In this document: positions 53,121 to 64,000 of the stretch, in pieces
Numbering within the stretch: the stretch's first letter is position 1
Layout of the letters: every line of letters begins with the position of its first letter
Assembly (NCBI RefSeq): GCF_963921235.1
Contig: NC_086108.1
Span: 89,778,001-89,842,000, forward strand
DNA: 64,000 nucleotides
DNA from: Mobula hypostoma
Taxonomy: Eukaryota
Reading direction: 5' to 3'
Notes under the pieces: model-generated
Told to the model about the DNA's origin: nothing
Database searches by the model: none
The model's input: the letters and a program-made list of their open reading frames with translations, nothing else
Program-made: the position numbers and the translations under genes

Positions 53121-53345
53121 CAAAGTTGCTGGTGAACGCAGCAGGCCAAGCAGCATCTATAGGAAGAGGCGCAGTCGACGTTTCAGGCCGAGACCCTTCG
53201 TCAGGACTAACGGTCAGGACGAAGGGTCTCGGCCTGAAACGTCGACTGCGCCTCTTCCTATAGATGCTGCTTGGCCTGCTGCGTTCACCAGCAACTTTGA
53301 TGTATGTTGCTTGAATTTCCAGCATCTGCAGAATTCCTGTTGTTT
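53121..53345. mobile_element. Miniature fold-back Penelope pLTR insertion in SNX7 intron 2
   Basis: Perfect 84-bp inverted repeat (53119-53202 and 53218-53301) plus tail. TSD TACTGATTTCTAT at 53108-53120 and 53345-53357. Confidence 0.93.
53172..53209 (-). ncRNA. Intact minimal hammerhead motif, sense to the SNX7 pre-mRNA
   Basis: Minus strand reads TAGTC-CTGACGA-AGGGTCTCGGCCT-GAAA-CGTC^GACTG; predicted cut between 53177 and 53176. Confidence 0.85.
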
Positions 53346-55928
53346 ACTGATTTCTATACTGGCTTTAAAAGTACAAATTCATACATTCACCAAACAAGTT
53401 CATTTATAAACTGTATTTAAGACAAACTTTTTATCAGAATGATAATTCAAAAATAGATAATTCAAAATTGCTCATAAATGAGTATATGGAAATAGAGAGT
53501 AAAATGAATGTTAATATGAAATACCAGACAAACTTAATATTTAAATTGTGTATGAAATTCAGATCTAAGGAAATGGTAATACACGTGTAAAATTAAGTTT
53601 TCCAGGACAGAGAGAATTGTAGAAATGTCATGGCATAGGACATCAAGTCTATTTTAACGTCTTGCAGCCCATTCTTCCTTCACTATTTAAAATGTTTATC
53701 CAATTCCCTCTTGAAAGCTTGTTGACTGTTTTTGGAGTTGACTTATAGCAAACTTCAGAGCAACTTTAAGCATAATAAGCATCTCTCCTTACTCCCCATT
53801 CTACCCACCCCCGTTCTGTTTTTGAACTATGTTCCATCCTTTGCATTATTTCTGTGCCTCTGATCAACTTTAAATTGATAGGTCATCTGAAATCCTTCTT
53901 CTTTACTTCCACCCAACCAACACACCAAGTTCTCAATACAATTTCCTCTCAGATTTTGTTCCAAGATCTCTGCAGTAACTTGTATCCTTGGTTAATTTCA
54001 ACTGGTGTTCGTGTTCTCCCTCTCCCTCAGCAGTTCCTCCCTAACCTCACACTACATATGAAGTCTATCCATGTTCAAAGCCAACATTCTGATCTCAACA
54101 CTCCACACGGGCTTGCTATTTTCATTACTGAATAATTTTCTTTTCATTCTTTTACACCACCCATAGTCATCGCCAAAATTTATTTCTTCCAACCAGTCTA
54201 CTTCTGGATATTAAAAAAAACTATCTGTAATTCTTTCAAATTCCCATTTAGAATAAAGCCAGAAAATGTTAGAAACAGGTTCTGCTGAGGGGTACTCTGC
54301 AACATTAAATTGTTCTTCCTGCCAGTGCTGCCCGACCTCCTGAGTAGGTGTCAATTTTTGCTTTTCTTTCAAAAATTCAGCATTGAGTAGCTCCCCATCT
54401 ACTTAGATCTGGCTCGATCATCATGTCAGCAACCTTTCTCTCAATTCCCAGAGAACATCAAGCATTGATTATGGCATTAAAATCCAGTTACATTTCATGT
54501 AACAAAGCATAACATTTTCAGGGATTGTACTTCAGAAACAGTGAATTATTTTGTAAATACCTCAGGTTCTCCTCAGTTCACTGATTCCTGCAAATTTCAA
54601 GAGGTGATTGCAACAGCATACCTTGCAAAGCAGGAAACCATCAACAGCAACCCAATACTTACATTTTAGCTGTATGAGTGCATATACCAGAAGATGCTGC
54701 CAGATGTCTTCCATTATAAAAAGAAAAGTACCAATAGCCTCAATAGAATTGCAAATTGCATGAAAAGTTCTTATAATACAGGAAAGAATATGTTACTTGT
54801 GCAAAACCGTCTTCTTCATTATGATTAATAACACTGATATCAGAAACCAAATAGAGCAGCCTGTTGCTCAATTTTCATCAAGACTCAACTAGACAAAATT
54901 TAGAGTTTTATTATTCTGAATCTTTTAGCAGTTAAAAGGGAGCAAGGAATTTAATTTGCAAATTGAATGTGTATAATGGAGTCATTACATAAATTCCTAT
55001 AAATCAAACACATCTAAGATATTCTATTTGACAAGAAAAAAAAAATTGAAATAGGACTGGAGTCATAAAAGTAATAAACTTCCATCAGATTGTGAACCAA
55101 ATTTGCTTAAATTATTTCTACCATTCAAGGCGAAGCTAGATGCATTGGTATATTTAGTTGACTATTCCTACCCCATAGCAAAAAGTATATCAAAGTACAT
55201 GCTACACAAAAATCTCATCTGAAATTTCATTAGATTAAGTTAATTTCAAAAGTTGAAAAAATATTAATTTAGCTTTTAGATTAAATATTACTAATTTTAA
55301 TATTTACAAATGATATAATTTTTAAATAAAATTGCACATTAGTACAATTTATTTATTGAGATACAGCATGTAGTTGTCCCTTCTAGCCGCACCATTCAAC
55401 AATCCCCCAATTTAATCCTAACCTAATCATGGGAAAATTTACAATGACCAATTAACCAACATTCTTAAATGTACAATTTTATGATACCATTTCACCTAAA
55501 TGAAGCACATTTTACACTTCATTTACCTGCACTGCATTTTTCATTCCGCATTGTTATTGGTAACCTAGAGATTTTACACATACAATATCTACAAAAGTTT
55601 TGTACCTAATAGGCCAATTATACTGATGAATAGCGTTAAGTTATAACAACTTAATGACTAACCTGGGTTATAGCAAAAGCATGCTAAAAAAAAGTCCTGA
55701 TTACGATCACTAATAACTAGCTGTTATGAAAATTGCCCAACACATCCCATGACAAAAATTATGAAGAATTAAAATCTGACTAAGAGAATTTATGTTTGGT
55801 TGTGGTACATCCCTGAACAAAAACACCATGGAATATTTAAACATGTGCTGAGCTTTAGAACTGTATGTTTTCTCTTTATAAGGTATCACCTTATTCAACA
55901 TATTGCTCACAAATTACTTACTTCAACG

Positions 55929-56271
55929 GTTTCAAAGTTTCAAAGGTACATTTAACGTCAGAGAAATGTTAACAATATTCATCCTGAAATGTTTTTTCTT
56001 TGCAACCATCCACAAAAACAGAGTGCCCCAGAATTATGAATGACAGTTAAGTGTTAGAACCCCAAAGTCCCCCTCCAGCTCCCCTCCCGCCCGCACGTAT
56101 GTGGCAGCAAGCAAAGATCCCCCCTGCCCCCACCAGCAAAAAAAAAGCATCAGCACCCACCACCAAGCACTCAAGTGTGAGCAAAGCATCAGCAAAGACA
56201 CAGACTTGCAGTATCCAAAAGACTACGCATTCACCCAGTATTTGACATACCACAGATTCTCTCTCTCCCTT
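55929..56271 (-). repeat. 3' part of the repeat family seen at 26368-27345
   Basis: Reverse complement aligns by eye to ~27005-27340. Confidence 0.65.
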
Positions 56272-56391
56272 GCATCTTCATTTTAGAACAAGATGTTAAC
56301 ATGAGTAAATTGTCAGTTTACAAAATTCAATACTGGAACCACAAACACCAAGCAGAAGCAGAAGAAACGAGTAATTAGCTTTATCTTTTAC

Positions 56392-56574
56392 CTTCGTAAT
56401 AACTCTGTAAGTATAAAAGTTATCAAATGGAGTGGCATGAATCTCTGGATCATCAACTGTGACAAAAAGATCTTTGTTGTCTGGTTCATCTTCCAAAGTG
56501 TGCTGATTAATCATGGAGGAAGGTGAAGTGGGCATGGAGATATTGAGAGAACTGGAATCACTGAAAGTAGGATC
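56392..56574 (-). CDS. SNX7: SNX7 coding exon 2 (DPTFSDSSSLNISMPTSP...DLFVTVDDPE...YTYRVITK), start of the PX domain
   Basis: 183 nt, CAACAG acceptor and AAG|GTAAAA donor, phase 0-0. The translation matches vertebrate SNX7 (MPTSPxSMINQxxxEDEPDxKDLFxTVD). Confidence 0.93.
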
Positions 56575-57999
56575 CTGTTGGAAGACAAATCACAATAGTT
56601 ACTGCATTTTCAAAAGACTCATTGCCGTGAAATAGCATAAGCAACTTTTACATGGACCAAGCCACACGCAGAATTGTTTTCAATCCAGTCATATCTTATC
56701 CAATATTATTCTTCAACATTCATATAATAAGCTATTTTTGGTTATGCATCTTGAATTTAGTTTTACAAACCGAAACTTTTCTTTTTAATTATTATTCAAT
56801 GCAGTTTCTCCTGTCTTGAGAAGTTATATATGTTGTGGGAGGGATACTTATTCCAATTATACTCAGAAGAACGAATTCATCTTAGTACTTGATTTTCACA
56901 GTAGACTGTGATCATGGCCCCCTATCCTCTAACAGATTCTTCATTTAGCCCTCTGCCTTCCCATCCTATAACCTCACAGCTTCTCACATTATTCCCCTCC
57001 CTCCCAGAACCCTCACACATTTCTGTATGCCCTCTTCTCACCTGATTTCACCTGTCAATTACCAGCTCTTGCTTTTCCCCCCTACTCTTTTATTCTGCCC
57101 AAAATATCATCTGGCCATTTCCTTCACAGATGCTACCTGACCTGCTAAGTTCTGCCAGCATTTTGTGTATATGGATAATGAGGAAACAGATAGGCTGCAG
57201 AAGGACTTAGACAAATTAGGAGAATGGGCAAGGGAGTGGCAAATGAAGTATAGGTTTCCCCTGCCATCCGAAGGTAGAGCGTTCCTATAAAACAGTTCAT
57301 AAGCCGGAATGTCGTAAAGTGAAGAAGCAATTACCATTTATTTATATGGGAAAAATTTGTGAGCGTTCGCAGACCCAACAAATAACCTACCAAATCATGC
57401 CAAATAACACATAAAGCCTAAAATAACAGTCACATATAGTAAAAGCAGGAATGATATGATAAATACACAGCCTTTATAAAGTAGAAATACTTTTGTACAA
57501 TCATTGCCGCACTGTCCACCATAGCGAAAATCTCACGCAAGTGCTCTCAGCAGAAACACTCTCTCCAGTAACCTTTAAACTATGAAGCTGTCAAATCATA
57601 CCAAATAACACATAAAAATACACAGCCTATAGAAAGTAGAAATAATGTATGTACAGCGTAGTATCACTTACCGGAATCCAGAAGACAGCACTGAGCACAC
57701 TGATAATGGTGTGTTAGGCTGAGTTGGAGGTTGGGGTGGTGCAGTGGTCCCCAGCCTCCAGGCTGAGGACTGATACTGATCTGCGAAGCATGCAGTGGTG
57801 CAGTGGTAGCCGGGACACACCCAGCACACCTTTAAGAAAAAAGCCGAAATAAACAAGCTAATTAATTAGGTGCCAGCCGGCATGTAAATGTCGGCCCAGA
57901 CCAGAGGCGACGCAACCGGCAATCACCTCTGATCTGGGCCGACATTTACATGCCGGGCGGCACCTATCTAATTAGCATGTTTATTTCGGCTTTTTTCTT

Positions 58000-59297
58000 T
58001 CATTTTCAGTTTTAAAATCTTTTTATTGATATATAATCTTCTACAGCTATAAAATACAGAAGTTCAGCAAATAGTATAGTATAGTCAGACTTTATTGATC
58101 CTGGGGGAAATTGGTTTTCATTACACTTGCACCATAAATAATAAATAGTAATAGAACTATAAGTAGTTAAATAGTAATGTGTAAATTATGCCAGTAATTT
58201 ATGAAATAAATCCAGGACCAGCCTATTGGCTCAGGGTGTCTGACCCTCCAAGGGAGGAGTTGTAAAGTTTGATGGCCACAGGCAGGAATGACTTCCTATG
58301 ACGCTCTGTGCTGCATCTCAGTGGAATGAGTCTCTGGCTGAATGTACTCCTGTGCCCACCCAGTACATTATGTAGTGGATGGGAGACATTGACCAAGATG
58401 GCATGCAACTTAGACAGCATCCTCTTTTCAGACACCACCGTGAGAGAGTCCAGTTCCATCCCCACAACATCACTGGCCTTACGAATGAGTTTGTTGATTC
58501 TGTTGGTGCCTGCTGCCCCAGCACACAACAGCAAACATGATAGCACTGGCCACCACAGACACCACAGAAATTAGTATATAATTAATAAAGCTGAAGAAAA
58601 AAAATTATATATGCTAACGAAAAAAATATATATAAAAGAAGAAAAAGAAAACAACAATCGCCAAATCACATTTATATAACATAAAATTGGAAGGAAACCA
58701 TATAAATTAATTCAAATTTAATGATAATATTTGGCAAAAGAGCCCCACCTTCTCTCAAAATCTAATCGGGGATCAGAAGTTCTACTTCTAATTTTTCCCA
58801 AACTAAGACATAACATTACTTGGGAAAACCATTGAATTAGTGTAGGAGCAAAGGTATCTTTCCATTTCAATAAAATAGCCCTTCTTGCCAACAATGTAAC
58901 GAATGCAATTACATGTTAGTTTGAAAATGAAATACCCTGAATATGATGCGGAACTATTCCAAATAGAACAGTCAATATATTAGGTTGTAAATTAATTTTC
59001 AAAGCTTTAGAAATTGTAGAAAATAAAGATTTGCAAAAAGATTTCAATGAGGGACATGACCAGAACATATGTGACAAAGTAGCTACTTCATTTTTGCACC
59101 TATCACAATAATTATCTATATGAGGAAATATTTTGGATAGCCTCTCCTTTGTTAAATAATAACGGTGAACAATTTTAAATTGAATTAAACAATGTTGGCA
59201 CATATCGAAGACGAATTAACCATTTTCAGAACTCGCAACCAATCTTCATTAACAAAAGTCATATTAAGTTCTCTCTCCCAATCTTGTTTAATCTTTA
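58000..59297 (-). mobile_element. L1/Tx1-clade LINE 3' fragment nested in Tigger
   Basis: ORF 58916..59203 has QFKIVHRYYLT...CDRC...HMFWSC (C-terminal zinc knuckle). TSD GCTTTTTTCTT at 57989-57999 and 59298-59308. Confidence 0.85.
58071..58560 (-). mobile_element. Rex1/Babar-type 3' fragment nested in the L1/Tx1 fragment
   Basis: ORF 58223..58546 (RINKLIRKAS...SHPLH...SFLPVAIKLYN); (TAGTA)n tail on plus. Confidence 0.8.
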
Positions 59298-61265
59298 GCT
59301 TTTTTCTTAAAGATGTGTTGGGTGCGTCCCAGCTACTGCTGCATTCTCCGCGGCAATGTATTGGTCCGCGGCCCGGGGGTTGGGGTGGTGGGACACTGGG
59401 GTGTCATCTCATCATCGTCTGTTTCCATCAGGGCAGGCAGGTCACCTTCTTCTATGTCTGCCTGCCTCGATGTCGAAGGTCGAGGTTCGTCGTCTGCTGT
59501 GGCTGATGTGGAAGGCTTGAAAAACGACAGTATGCTTGACTACTTAGCCTCGTGCATTTTTCTATCATACAGTTCTTTGTAAGCACTCAAACCATCTTGC
59601 AAATAGGCCCTAAACCTATGTACCCTTTCAAAATTAAAGTCGTACTTTTCTGCAATCATTGCAGCGAAAATCGCATGCAGTTGCTTCACGTTCAGTTCCT
59701 GGACGACTTCACTTTCAGTCCATTTGCTACTGCATTCGGTTTCAATTGTTATCCTTTCCTCTTCCAATTGCATCAGCTCTTCATCTATCAGTTCTTGGTC
59801 ATGGGATGCCAAAACCTCTTCAACATCATCTTTGTCAACTTCCACAAGCCAAATTCACTTTGTCCTTACTTCGTTCACCACAATCGAAACGCTTAATTAT
59901 GTCTAGTTTTACGCTAAGTTTAACACCCTTACGAGCTCTTTTAGACTTTTCCGATATCTCAGAACTCATCTTGCTAACGGCTGCTCACAGGCACATGTTT
60001 AAGCAATGCCGGCTAGAATGCAGTTCCGGAGGAGGAGCTTGGCTGCTCGGGGCGTGCACTGCCTTTTATCGCGTGCTGCTTTTTTCGTACGCTGCCTTTT
60101 TTCCTAACAGTGAAAAAACCTGTTAGTGAAAACAGGTAACTAATGGAGGTCTTTCGTAACAGCGAGGTTTCATAAAGCGAACGTTCGAAAAGCGGGGGAA
60201 CCCTGTACAATGTTGGAAAATGCATAGTCATGCACTTTGGTAGTAGAAATGAATGTGTAGACTATTTTCTAAATGGGGAGAAAATCCAAAAATCTGAAAT
60301 GCAAAGGGACTTGGGAGTCCTTGTGCAGAACACCCTAAAGGTTAACTTGCAGGTAGAGTCAGTGGTGAGGAAGGCAAATGCAATATTAGCATTTATTTCA
60401 AGAGGTCTTGAATACAGAGCAGAGGTGTGATGCTGAGGCTTTAGAGGGCACTGGTGAGGTCTCACCTTGAGTATTGTGAACAGTTTTGGTCTCTTCATCA
60501 AAGAAAAGATGTGCTGGCATTGGAGAGGGTTCAGAGGACGTTCACAAGGATGATTCCAGGAATAAAAGGGTTATCATACGAGGAACGTTTAAAGGCGCTG
60601 GGTCTGTCCTCGCTGAAATTTAGAAGGATGAGGGGGGATCTCATTGAAACCTTTTGAATGTTGAAAGGCCTGGGCAGAGCAGATGTGGAAAGGATGTTTG
60701 CCATGGTGGGGAGTCTACGACAAGGCACAGCCTCAGGATAAAGGGGCATCCATTTAAAACATAGAAGCAGAGAAATTCCTTGAGCCAGAGTGTAGTGAAT
60801 TTGTGGAATTTATTACCACAGGCAGCTGTGGAGGCCAGGTCATTGGGTGCATTTAAGGCAAAGCTTGATCGGTCCTTGATTGGACATGGCATCAAAGGTT
60901 ATAGTGTGAAGACTGGAGAGTGGGGCTGAGGGGGGAAGAAAATGATCAGCCATGACTGAATGGCGGAGTAGACTTGATGAGCCAAAAAGCCTAATCCTGC
61001 TCCCATATCTTATGGACTTTTTAGTAATTTGTCCGAAATTGCTGTACACAAACTGTTATGTGCTCGTTACAATAATGCTACATTTCAAAAGCAGTTCATT
61101 AACTATTAAGTGAGAAAACTTGGGAAAACGTGAGAATTATAAATGCAATAATTTGCTCCTTCTTGAAACCCTTGCAGCAACATCTTCTCCTTTCCCATTC
61201 ACAATGATAAAATAAAGTTGCTTTATCACATTCAGCTTGAAAAAGATGTAATTTGGGAACATAAC

Positions 61266-61520
61266 GCCATTGCAGCATAGCGGTAAGCTCAAAGTTATTA
61301 CCGCTAAGGGTGAAGTTCAGAGTTCAATTCTGGTGTCGCCTGTGACCTTATGACTTTCTCCCCGTGACCATGTCGTTTTCTTCCTATAGTCCAAAGACGT
61401 ACCAGTTAGTAGGTTAATTGATCATTATAAACTGTCTGGTGATTAGACTAGGGTTAAATAAGTGGGTTGCTGGGTGACATGTGCTTGTTGGGCCAGAAGG
61501 GTCTGTTCTGTACTATACCT
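61266..61520 (+). mobile_element. Degraded V-SINE/HE1-like tRNA-derived SINE
   Basis: tRNA-like head (GAGTTCAATTC B box), central TCCAAAGACGTACC...GGTTAATTG, CR1-like tail. Related fragments at ~52490-52615 and ~55350-55460 (minus). Confidence 0.6.
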
Positions 61521-62282
61521 TTGAATAGATAAAACAAAAAGCATTGGAGGACATCAGTGCACTGCAGATTATGCAAAAGCCTAAAGATGGAAGGAAATAT
61601 CAAATTTGCCCACCTCTGCAGAACAATACTATTTGTCAAGGTGTTAACAGTACACGTCAAAGTTTAAAAAAACATTTTCTTGTAGTATAGTTTTGAAATT
61701 CTTGGTTTGTTTTATTACCCATTTTATTCCTGCCCAATTCTTTGCTTACTTGTAATAACATATGTAACAACATATGACTATTCTGATTCATCCTGATAAC
61801 TTGGCTTTTCCGAAACTCTAAGTTTCAATTGAAACTATTATTTTTATTTGAATCGTTAAAAACTGCAGAATAAATCACCTCACTAAACATTTGGATGCAC
61901 ACACATCACTATTACAGTTGAAGAAAGTAGGCATACGGCAGTTGATTTTTTAGTAACAGTCCACATCAGTGAAAAATTCCAAGAATTTGGTTACTTAAAT
62001 CTCACGTCTCAGGAGTTCCACGATTTATTCACCCAGCATGTATTGAATTGCAGTGAACATGCAAACTTGCAGTGCTTGTGATATAAAAAAAAGGAATTCT
62101 TAAAAGTCTGAAAAACTTATTAAATTTTTTAAAAGCAAAGATCATATTTACTGGTCCTCACCAACCACCTTCTGCTTGAAATATGTATCAAATAAATATG
62201 AATATCTCAACTTATAAATGGCTGCACCTGGCACATTTCATTACAAAAAGATGGCTCAATGCAAAGAAATCCTTGTTTCTGA

Positions 62283-64000
62283 AATAGACAATAGGTGCAG
62301 GAGTAGGCCATTCAGCCCTTCGAGCCAGCACCACCATTCACTGTGATCATGGCTGATCATCCACAATCAGTACCCTTTTCTGCCTTCTCCAATATCCCTT
62401 CACTCCGCTATCTTTAAGAGCTCTACCTAACTCTTTCTTGAAAGAATCCAGAGAATTGGCCTCCACTGCCTTCTGAGGCAGAGCACTCCACAGAACCACA
62501 ATCCTCTGTGTGAAAAAGTTTTTCCTCAACTCTGTTCTAAATTGTCTACTCCTTATTCCTAAACTGTGACCTCTGGTTCTGGACTCCTCCAACATCGGGA
62601 ACACATTTCCTGCCTCTAGCGTGTCCAATCCCTTAATAATCTTATATGTTTCAATCAGATCCCCTCTCATCCTTCTAAATTCCAGTGTATACAATCCCAG
62701 TCGCTCCAATCTTTCAACATATGACAGTCCCTCCATCCCGGGAATTAACCTTGTGAACCTACGCTGCACTCCCTCAATAGCTAGAATGTCCTTCCTCAAA
62801 TTTGGAGACCAACCACAATATTCCACATGTGGTCTCACCAGGGCCCTATACAACTGCAGAAGGACCTCTTTGCTCCTATACTCAACTCCCCTCGTTATGA
62901 AGGCCATCATGCTATTAGCTTTCTTCACTGCCTGCTATACCTGCATGCTTACTTTCAGTGACTGATGAACAAGGACACCTAGATCTCGTTGTACTTCCCC
63001 TTTTCCTAACTTGACACCATTCAGATAGTAATCTGCCTTCCTGTTCTTGCCACCAAAGTGGATAACCTCACATTTATCCACATTAAACTGCATCTGCCCA
63101 CTCACCCAACCTGTCCAAGTCACCCTGCATTCTCATAACATCCTCCTCACATTTCACACTGCCTCCCAGCTTTGTGTCATCGACAAATTTGCTAATGTTA
63201 CTTTTAATCCCTTCATCTAAATCATTAATGTATATTATACATAGCTGCGGTCCCAGCACCGAGCCTTGCGGTACCCCACTAGTCACCATCTGCCATTCTG
63301 AAAGGGACCCATTAATCCCTACTCTTTGTTTCCTGTCTGCCAATCAATTTTCTATCCATGTCAGTACCCTACCCCCAATACCGTTTGCTCTAATTTTGCA
63401 CACTAACCTCCCATGTGGGACCTTATCAAAAGGCTTTCTGAAAGTCCAGGTACACTACATCCACTGGCTTTCCCACGTCCATTTTCATAGTTACATTCTC
63501 AAAAAATTCCAGAAGATTAGTCAAGCATGATTTCCCCTTCGTAAATCCATGCTGACTCTTTCCTATTCTGCCACTGCTATCCAAATATGCCGCTATTACA
63601 TCTTTTATAATTGATTCCAGCATCTTCCCCACCACTAATGTCAGACTAACTGGTCTATAATTGCCTGTTTTCTCTCTCCCTCCTTTCTTAAAAAGTGGGA
63701 TAACATTAACTACCCTCCAATCCGCAGGAACTGATCCTGAATCTATAGAACATTGGAAAATGATTACCAATGCATCCACGATTTCTAGAGCCACCTCCTT
63801 AAATGGCTGGGACCGCAGCTATTTAGAGACCATCAGGCCCTGGGGATTTATCAACCTTCAGTCCCATCTGTTTACCCAACACCATTTTGTGCCTAATGCG
63901 AATTTCCTTCAGTTCCTCTGTTACCCTTGGTCCTCTGGCCACTATTACATCTGGGAGATTGTTTGTGTCTTCCCTAGTGAAGACAGATCCAAAGTAGCTG
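62283..64000 (-). mobile_element. CR1 LINE ORF2 (RT and 3' UTR), running off the window
   Basis: ORFs 63426..63794, 63083..63343, 62935..63123 and 62347..62928 give consecutive RT motifs separated by frameshifts. Confidence 0.94.

Larger units (their letters stand above)
57251..60205 (-). mobile_element. Tigger/pogo deletion derivative, same family as 32528-33872, carrying nested insertions
   Basis: TA at 57249-57250 and 60206-60207; ends match copy 1. ORF 59540..59845 (DVEEVLASHDQELIDEELMQL...YKELYDRK) resembles a Tigger transposase C-terminus. Confidence 0.87.
57170..61017 (+). mobile_element. CR1 3' half split by Tigger (pieces 57170-57250 and 60206-61017)
   Basis: WQMKY|NVGKC reads through the TA insertion site; ORFs 60230..60430 and 60454..60657. 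Confidence 0.88.

Noticed and set aside
53218..53248. Plus-strand hammerhead in the right arm of the hairpin
   Set aside because: The core is truncated: CTGACGA is replaced by AGGACGA.
14322..64000. Possible antisense bias of LINEs within SNX7 introns
   Set aside because: Several long CR1 copies are sense-oriented (20144-22190, 33950-35745, 62283-64000); counts are too low to claim a bias.

Overview
Eukaryotic genomic DNA, most likely from a cartilaginous fish (inferred from the CR1, Penelope and HE1/V-SINE-type repeat landscape). One host gene is present: sorting nexin 7 (SNX7, PX-BAR) on the minus strand. I could trace nine GT-AG coding exons by hand from 56574 to the stop at 14241; the first exon lies beyond the window. 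One of them (29538-29642, 105 nt) has no counterpart in the human SNX7 sequence as I recall it. The rest is heavily nested transposon DNA: many CR1 LINEs, Rex1/Babar LINEs, an L1/Tx1 fragment, two Tc1 (DD34E) copies, two Tigger/pogo deletion derivatives, a hAT-like element, tRNA-derived SINEs and several Penelope-like elements. The most notable signals are: (i) minimal type I hammerhead ribozyme motifs in Penelope pseudo-LTRs, spread as full, solo and miniature fold-back insertions with 12-16 bp target duplications, including an intact one in the SNX7 pre-mRNA locked in a perfect 84-bp hairpin; (ii) an unidentified, highly structured, A-tailed ~307-nt insert at 8488-8794; (iii) the extra SNX7 exon. 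All alignments were done by eye, and boundaries of old repeats are approximate. No CRISPR arrays or prokaryotic features were seen.
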